Assembly (NCBI RefSeq): GCF_018389705.1
Contig: NZ_CP065581.1
Span: forward strand, 390,001-422,000
Reading direction: 5' to 3'
DNA: 32,000 nt
From: Mycoplasma mycoides subsp. capri
GTDB taxonomy: Bacteria > Bacillota_I > Bacilli_A > Mycoplasmatales > Mycoplasmataceae
The notes below the pieces were generated by a model. That model had not been told where the DNA came from. It searched no databases and was given only the letters and a program-made list of their open reading frames with translations. The position numbers were made by a program, and so were the translations under genes. This document shows positions 23,612-32,000 of this stretch, one piece after another. Within the stretch, counting starts at the first letter, position 1. Each line of letters begins with the position of its first letter.

Positions 23612-23637
23612 TTAAGACCTTAAAGGTCTTTTTTATT
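23612..23637 (+). terminator. Rho-independent terminator upstream of clpB
   Basis: aagacct-taa-aggtctt followed by tttta. Confidence 0.75.
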
Positions 23638-23640
23638 TTT

Positions 23641-23667
23641 TTAGCACTCACTATATGCAATTGCTAA
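23641..23667 (+). promoter_or_regulatory. CIRCE (HrcA operator), degenerate right half
   Basis: TTAGCACTC-N9-AATTGCTAA against consensus TTAGCACTC-N9-GAGTGCTAA (two mismatches, right arm); upstream of clpB and of a TACAAT -10 at 23676-23681. Confidence 0.88.
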
Positions 23668-23724
23668 AAATGTGTTACAATAGAAATAGTTAAAAAAAGA
23701 ATTTAACTTAAAGGAGCTGAGATA

Positions 23725-25866
23725 GTGGAATTTCAAGAAAAAGGAAAAGTAACTGATGCTTTAAAAAAATATACAAGAGATCTAACAAAAGATGCTAAAG
23801 ATAATAAATTAGATCCTGTTATTGGAAGAGAAGAAGAAATTTCTCGTGTTATTCAAATACTATCTAGAAAAACAAAAAATAATCCAGTTTTAATTGGTGA
23901 ACCTGGAGTTGGTAAAACTGCTATTGTTGAAGGATTAGCTCAACGTATTGTTAAAGGTGATGTACCAACATTATTAAAAAACAAACGTATATTAGAACTT
24001 GATATGGGTAGTTTAATGGCTGGAGCTATGTATATGGGAGATTATGAGTCTCGTGTTAAAGCAGTTGTTAATGAAATTCAAAAATCTAATGGCGAAATCA
24101 TTTTATTTATTGATGAATTACACTTAATAGTTGGAGCTGGAAAGACTGGAAATAATAGTGGAATGGATGTTTCTAACTTATTAAAACCAGCGTTAGCTAG
24201 AGGTGAACTAAAAGCAATTGGTTCAACTACTTTAAATGAATATCGTCAATATATAGAAAAAGATGCTGCTTTAGAAAGAAGATTTCAAAGAGTTTTAGTT
24301 AGTGAACCAACTATTGATCAAACTATTTCAATTTTAAGAGGATTAAAAGATCGATTTGAAACTTATCATGGAGTAAGAATTCACGATAATGCCTTAGTTT
24401 CAGCTGCTAAGTTATCTAGTAGATATATAACTGATAGATATTTACCAGATAAAGCTATTGATTTAGTTGATGAAGCTTGCGCTTCTATTAGAACAGAATT
24501 AGCAAGCGTTCCAATTGAACTAGATCAAGTTAATAGAAAAGTAATGCAATTAGAAATTGAAACATCTGCTTTAGAAAAAGAAAAAGATGACAAGTCTAAA
24601 GAAAGATGACAAGAAGCTAAAAAAGAATTAGATAGTTTAAAAATTGAACAAGCTAGTTTAAATGAAAAATGAGAAAAAGAAAAAGAAGAACTAAGTAGAA
24701 TTAATTCAGTCAAATCAAGTATTGAAAGTTTAAAACAAGAATTAGAAACTGCTCAAAATGATGGAAATTATAAAAGAGCTGGAGAAATTCAATACTCATT
24801 ATTACCATCACTTGAAAAAAGTTTAGCTTTATTTGAAAAACAAACCGGATCAAAAATGATTTCAGAAGAAGTGACTGAACATGAAATTGCAAAAGTTGTT
24901 TCAAAATCAACAGGAATTTTAGTTGATAGATTAATTTCTTCAGAAAAAGAAAAGCTTTTAAATCTAGAAGATCTATTAAAAAAATATGTTAAAGGTCAAG
25001 ATCAAGCTATTAAAGCAGTAACTTCTGCAATTATGAGAAGTAGAAGTGGAATTAAAAATCCAGATAAACCAATTGGTAGCTTTTTATTTTTAGGACCAAC
25101 TGGAGTTGGAAAGACTGAAGTTGCAAGAAGTTTAGCTGATATTTTATTTAATTCACCTAAAAAAATGATTAGACTTGATATGAGTGAATATATGGAAAAA
25201 CATTCTGTTGCTAAATTAATTGGTGCTCCTCCTGGATATGTTGGGTATGAAGAAGGTGGAAGATTAACTGAAGCTGTTAGAAGAAATCCTTATTCAATTG
25301 TTTTATTTGATGAAATTGAAAAAGCTCATACTGATGTATTTAACATTTTATTACAAATACTAGATGATGGAAGATTAACGGATTCACTAGGAAAAACTAT
25401 TGATTTTAAAAATACAATTATTGTAATGACTTCAAATATAGCTAGTCAATATTTATTAACTTCAGATGAATTAGTTCAAGTTGATGATCAAAAAATTCAA
25501 GAAGAATTAAATAAAGTATTTAGACCTGAATTTTTAAATAGAATTGATAATATTGTGTATTTTAATGCTTTATCAGTACAAACAATTGGTGAAATAGTTG
25601 ATAAAGTTTTAGAAGAATTATCAACAAGATTACAAGATGAACAAAACTATTTTATTAATTTTTCAGAAGAAGCTAGAAATAAGATTATAAATGAAGGTTA
25701 TGATAGATTATTTGGTGCTAGACCTATTAAAAGATATATTGAAAAAAATATAGAAACGTTAATTGCTCATTATATTATTAGTGGAGAAGTTGTTGAAAAT
25801 ACTAGATATTTAATTGATGTTAAAAATAATCAGTTTACATTAGAAGAGTTTAAACAATTTAATTAA
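23725..25866 (+). CDS. clpB: ClpB-type AAA+ disaggregase without the N-terminal Clp_N domain
   Basis: GTG start, 713 aa after TGA=Trp readthrough. GEPGVGKT and GPTGVGKT Walker A motifs, middle coiled-coil, [19 protein letters not shown]. Confidence 0.95.
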
Positions 25867-25870
25867 GACT

Positions 25871-26893
25871 ATGCTAACAAATAGGCAAATTAAAATTTTA
25901 CAAACAATTGTTGAAGAGTTTATAAAAACTAATCAACCAGTTGGATCTAAAAGAATTTTAGAACTATTAAATATGAAAATATCTTCAGCAACAATTAGAA
26001 ACGAATCTGCAACTTTAGAACATGAAGGTTATTTAGAAAAACAACACACTTCAAGTGGAAGAACACCCTCAACTAAAGGTTATAGATATTATGTTGATAA
26101 TATTATGAAACTAGATTCAGCTGACTACACTAGATTAAAAATTTATTTAAACCAGTTATTAGATTTAAGAAAATATGATATTGATAAAACAATTAATTAT
26201 GCTAGTGAAATTATTAGTGAATTAACTAAAATGACAGCTGTTGTAATTAAAAAACAAAACATAAAAGATATTAAGTTAAAAAAAATTGAACTAATATTAC
26301 TATCAGAATTTTTAGCAAGTGTGTTATTTATTTTTTCTGATGGTGATGTGCAAAATAAAATGTTTAATTTAAAAGATGTTGCTTTATCTGATTTAAAGAT
26401 TGCTATTAAATTATTTTCAGATGTTTTAGTTGATGTTAAATTAGATGAAATAGATCAATATTTAAATGACTTAAAACACCAATTATCTTTAAGTATTAAA
26501 CAATATGACTATGTTTTAAATACATTTATAAATACTATTTTAGAATCAAAAAATGAACAAAAAGAAACTCATGGAATGAGATATATGTTAGAAAATCCTG
26601 AGTTTAACGATACTAATAAATTAAAAAATGCAGTTAAATTAGTTGAACAATTATCTCCTTTTGATTGGTTTAATATTGCTTATGAATCTAATAAAAATAT
26701 GAATAAAATAGCAATTAAAATTGGTAATGAAATCGATCAAATAAATGATGATATTTCAATGATTGCAACAGAATTAAAAATTGGTAATTCTTCTACTGTT
26801 TTAACTTTAGTAGGTCCAAAAAGAGTAGATTATAATCAAGTAAATCAATTAATGAATTTAATTATTGAAATTATTAATACAAAGGAGAATTAA
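25871..26893 (+). CDS. hrcA: Heat-inducible transcription repressor HrcA
   Basis: [61 protein letters not shown]. Confidence 0.96.
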   Translation: MLTNRQIKILQTIVEEFIKTNQPVGSKRILELLNMKISSATIRNESATLEHEGYLEKQHTSSGRTPSTKGYRYYVDNIMKLDSADYTRLKIYLNQLLDLRKYDIDKTINYASEIISELTKMTAVVIKKQNIKDIKLKKIELILLSEFLASVLFIFSDGDVQNKMFNLKDVALSDLKIAIKLFSDVLVDVKLDEIDQYLNDLKHQLSLSIKQYDYVLNTFINTILESKNEQKETHGMRYMLENPEFNDTNKLKNAVKLVEQLSPFDWFNIAYESNKNMNKIAIKIGNEIDQINDDISMIATELKIGNSSTVLTLVGPKRVDYNQVNQLMNLIIEIINTKEN

Positions 26894-26894
26894 G

Positions 26895-27497
26895 ATGACT
26901 GAAGAATTAAAAAATAAAAAAAATAATAAAAAATACTATAGTCAAAATAGAAATAAAACAAAAGCTGAATTTCAAAAAGCTCATATTAAAAAAAATCAGT
27001 ATTTAAACTTAAAAAGAAAATTTAATAATGTTTTATTAGAAGTTCAAAATTTAAAAGAATTAAATGAAACTTTAAAAAAAGAACTTGAATCTGAAAAACA
27101 ACTTAATTTAGCTGAAATTAGTAATTTAACTAAAAAGTATAATCAAAAAGAATTAGAAACTAAAAAATATGGTGCTAGTAATTTAGCAAAAGATTTAATT
27201 CAACCTTTAGAAATTTTAAAAAAAGTTGTTAATGCTCCTAATAATAATGAAGTTGTTCAAGCTTATGTTAAAGGGTTTGAAATGATAATAAATCAAATAA
27301 ATAACGTTTTAGAATCACATCATATTAAAGCTATGAATGTTAAAGTTGGTGATATGTTTAATCCACACCTTCATGATGCTAATGAAGCAGTTGAAACAGA
27401 TATGTATCAAACAAATCAAATTGTTGGTGTTTTAAGTGATGGATATATGATTCATGATAAAGTACTAGTTTATGCAATAGTTAAAGTTGCAAAATAA
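26895..27497 (+). CDS. grpE: Co-chaperone GrpE
   Basis: ATG 26895 after aaaggag; [73 protein letters not shown]. Confidence 0.93.
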   Translation: MTEELKNKKNNKKYYSQNRNKTKAEFQKAHIKKNQYLNLKRKFNNVLLEVQNLKELNETLKKELESEKQLNLAEISNLTKKYNQKELETKKYGASNLAKDLIQPLEILKKVVNAPNNNEVVQAYVKGFEMIINQINNVLESHHIKAMNVKVGDMFNPHLHDANEAVETDMYQTNQIVGVLSDGYMIHDKVLVYAIVKVAK

Positions 27498-27517
27498 AAA
27501 CAATAATAAATAAATAA

Positions 27518-29329
<1,812 letters not shown>

Positions 29330-29343
29330 TCAGAAAAATATAT

Positions 29344-29374
29344 AAAAACTAACATTAGTTAGTTTTTGTTTTTA
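29344..29374 (+). terminator. Terminator/attenuator between dnaK and dnaJ
   Basis: AAAAACTAAC-atta-GTTAGTTTTT followed by gttttt. Confidence 0.7.
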
Positions 29375-29392
29375 TAGAAAAGAAGAGAGAAT

Positions 29393-30511
29393 ATGAAAAA
29401 AAAGGATTATTATGAAGTTTTAGGTGTATCAAAAACTGCTAGTGAACAAGAAATCAGACAAGCTTATAGAAAACTTGCAAAACAATATCATCCTGATTTA
29501 AATAAATCTCCAGATGCTCATGATAAAATGGTTGAAATTAATGAAGCAGCTGATGTATTACTAGATAAAGATAAAAGAAAGCAATATGATCAATTTGGAC
29601 ATAATGCTTTTGATGGATCTTCTGGATTTTCTTCAAACTTTGCTGATTTTGAAGATTTATTTTCTAATATGGGTTCATCTGGCTTTTCATCTTTTACTAA
29701 TATATTTTCTGATTTTTTTGGATCTAATAAATCTGATTATCAAAGATCAACTAAAGGACAAAGTGTCAGTGTAGATATTTATTTGACATTTAAAGAACTT
29801 TTATTTGGTGTTGATAAAATAATTGAATTAGATTTACTAACAAATTGTAGTGTTTGTTTTGGAAGTGGTGCTGAATCAAATAGTGATATAAGCATTTGTA
29901 ATAACTGTCATGGAACTGGTGAAGTTTTAATTCAAAAAAATATGGGATTTTTCCAATTTCAACAATCAGCTAAATGTAATGTATGTAATGGTGCTGGAAA
30001 AATTATTAAAAATAAATGTAAAAACTGTAAAGGTAAGGGTAAATATTTAGAAAGACAAAAAATTGAAGTTAATATTCCAAAAGGAATTAGACCAAATCAA
30101 CAAATTAAACTTTCTCAAAAAGGTCATGCTTCAATAAATAATGGAGTTAATGGTGATTTAATTATTGATATTTATTTAAAAGAATCTAAAGTATTTGAAA
30201 TTGTTAATAATAATGATATTTTAATGACTTATAATATTAGTTATTTAGATTCGATTTTAGGAAATGAGATTATAATTAAAACTTTAGATGGTGATATTAA
30301 ATATAAATTACCAAAATCAATTAATTCTAATGAATTTATTATTATTAATAATAAAGGATTATATAAATCTATAAATAAAGATAAAAGAGGAGATTTAATA
30401 ATCAAAGTAAATATAGTAGTTCCTAAAAACTTAAACAAAAAAGAAAAAGAATTAATAGAACAAATTTATGAACAAACTTCATTTAATCCAGAAAATAATA
30501 TAGATCAATAA
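29393..30511 (+). CDS. dnaJ: Chaperone DnaJ
   Basis: J domain [35 protein letters not shown]; four zinc-finger repeats [32 protein letters not shown]. Confidence 0.96.
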   Translation: MKKKDYYEVLGVSKTASEQEIRQAYRKLAKQYHPDLNKSPDAHDKMVEINEAADVLLDKDKRKQYDQFGHNAFDGSSGFSSNFADFEDLFSNMGSSGFSSFTNIFSDFFGSNKSDYQRSTKGQSVSVDIYLTFKELLFGVDKIIELDLLTNCSVCFGSGAESNSDISICNNCHGTGEVLIQKNMGFFQFQQSAKCNVCNGAGKIIKNKCKNCKGKGKYLERQKIEVNIPKGIRPNQQIKLSQKGHASINNGVNGDLIIDIYLKESKVFEIVNNNDILMTYNISYLDSILGNEIIIKTLDGDIKYKLPKSINSNEFIIINNKGLYKSINKDKRGDLIIKVNIVVPKNLNKKEKELIEQIYEQTSFNPENNIDQ

Positions 30512-30534
30512 GCAGATTATATTTCTGCTTTTTT
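30511..30534 (+). terminator. Rho-independent terminator of dnaJ
   Basis: AGCAGA-ttatatt-TCTGCTTTTTT, directly overlapping the stop codon. Confidence 0.75.
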
Positions 30535-30556
30535 AATTAATGCTTTTGTTTATTAA

Positions 30557-30584
30557 TTGTAAAATTAGAAAAAATTGATAAAAT
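30557..30584 (+). promoter_or_regulatory. Candidate rpsB promoter
   Basis: TTGTAA - 16 nt - TAAAAT. Confidence 0.45.
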
Positions 30585-30631
30585 ATAAAAGTTGGTTAAT
30601 TTTAAAAAAAATTATTCAATCAAAAATAAGG

Positions 30632-30683
30632 ATTCATTTTCCTAGTGCTCAAATTAAATAAAAAGAGTGGAAAATGTTCGAAT
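30632..30683 (+). promoter_or_regulatory. Possible structured rpsB leader
   Basis: CATTTTCC (30635-30642) complementary to GGAAAATG (30669-30676), with CTC/GAG and outer ATTC/GAAT extension possibilities. Confidence 0.4.
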
Positions 30684-30717
30684 TATTTTGAAGTTTAACA
30701 AATAAAGAAAGGCTATT

Positions 30718-31596
30718 ATGTCAAGAGAAATAACAAGAGAAGAATTATCTGCAGCTGGAGTTCAATATGGACACCAAACTAAAAGATGAAATCCTAAAAT
30801 GAAATCTTATATTTATGGAGTAAAAAATAAAAATCACATTATTGATTTAGAAAAAACTATTACTCATTTAAATACAGCTCAAAAATTATTAGAAACTTTA
30901 GGAAGCAAACAACAAAAAATTTTATTTGTAGGAACTAAACGTTCTGGAAAAAATGCTGTTAAAGAAGCAGCTTTAAGAAGTGGAAATTTCTATATTAATA
31001 ATAGATGATTAGGTGGAACTTTAACTAATTTAAAAACTATTTTAATTAGAATTAAAGCTTTATGAGAAATTGAAGAAGAAGAAAAAAAAGGTCGTTTATC
31101 TTTAAGAACTAAAAAAGAACAAATTAAAATTTTAAAAGAAAAAGCTAAATTAGAAAAAGCACTTGGTGGAATTAAACAAATGCATAAATTACCAGCAGCT
31201 ATTGTTGTTGTTGATCCAAAAGGTGATGAAATTGCTGTTAAAGAAGCAAAAAAATTAAACATTCCTGTAATTGCTATTTGTGATACTAATGCTGATCCTG
31301 ATATGATTGATTATGTAATTCCTGGAAATGATGATTTACAAGAATCAGTAAACTTGATTATTAACATTTTAGTTGAAGCATATGCTGAAGGTGCTCAAAT
31401 TAAAATGAATCCTTCAGTTTTAAAAACTGTTGCTCCAAAAAGAGAACCAAGACAAAATAGAGTTATGACACCAGTTGTTGAAAATCAATCTGCTGAACAA
31501 CAAGCTAGTGAAAATGTTTCAAACACACAAGTTTCAAACGAACCTGTAACTCCAGTAGTTGAAGTTGAAAAATCAAGTGAACCAAAAGCTGAATAA
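30718..31596 (+). CDS. rpsB: 30S ribosomal protein S2
   Basis: [91 protein letters not shown]; TGA=Trp. Confidence 0.96.
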
Positions 31597-31607
31597 GGAG
31601 AAAAAAT

Positions 31608-32000
31608 ATGGCAGTAGATGCAAAATTAATTAAAGAATTACGTGAAATCACTCAAGCAGGAATGATGGATTGTAAAAAAGCTTTGGAAGCAAGTGATAAT
31701 AATATTGATAATGCTATTGTTTGATTAAGAGAAAATGGTTTAGCAAAAGCTGCTAAAAAAACTGATAGAGTTGCAGCTGAAGGAATTGTTTTAGCAAAAG
31801 AAAATGATCAAAAAATTGTAATTTTAGAAGTTAATTCAGAAACTGATTTTGTTGCAAAAAATGACAAATTTTTAAGTTTAGTTGATGAAATTGCTAATGC
31901 TTTATTAAATTCAAATGCTTCAAGTTTAGAAGAAGGTTTACAAGTAAAAACTAATTCTGGATTAACTATTGAACAAAGCTTAATTTCAGCAACTGCTACA
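31608..32000 (+). CDS. tsf: Elongation factor Ts, 5' part (continues past window)
   Basis: [62 protein letters not shown]. Confidence 0.96.

Noticed and set aside
24525-24910. Two minus ORFs opposite clpB; also 29586..29774 (+2nd frame) within dnaJ, 30241..30438 and 30990..31262 minus
   Set aside because: Embedded in highly conserved chaperone or ribosomal protein genes, no independent evidence.

Overview
This is an AT-rich, UGA=Trp (genetic code 4) Mollicutes window, most like the Mycoplasma mycoides/capricolum group. The supplied ORFs are fragmented because TGA was treated as a stop. When read through, the + strand starts with the 3' part of a MIB-like immunoglobulin-binding protein gene. 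It is followed by a MIP-like serine protease/lipoprotein gene that carries a single apparent -1 frameshift near 2808-2816. A tightly packed seven-gene F1-like X0 ATPase cluster follows (4763-13311): multi-TM protein, small protein, gamma-like, epsilon-like, large two-end membrane-anchored protein with a Gly/Ser linker, alpha-like and beta-like subunits. A bidirectional terminator separates it from three tandem minus-strand paralogous lipoproteins of about 830-845 aa (13367-21334), whose leaders contain hairpins directly upstream of the Shine-Dalgarno. The rest is housekeeping on the + strand: RdgB/HAM1, TrmL-like methyltransferase, Cof-like HAD hydrolase, a degenerate CIRCE site, clpB, hrcA, grpE, dnaK, dnaJ, rpsB and the 5' part of tsf. 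The most interesting items are the co-oriented MIB-MIP plus F1-like ATPase locus (known families, coupling unresolved), the frameshifted MIP, and the lipoprotein array with repeated regulatory architecture.
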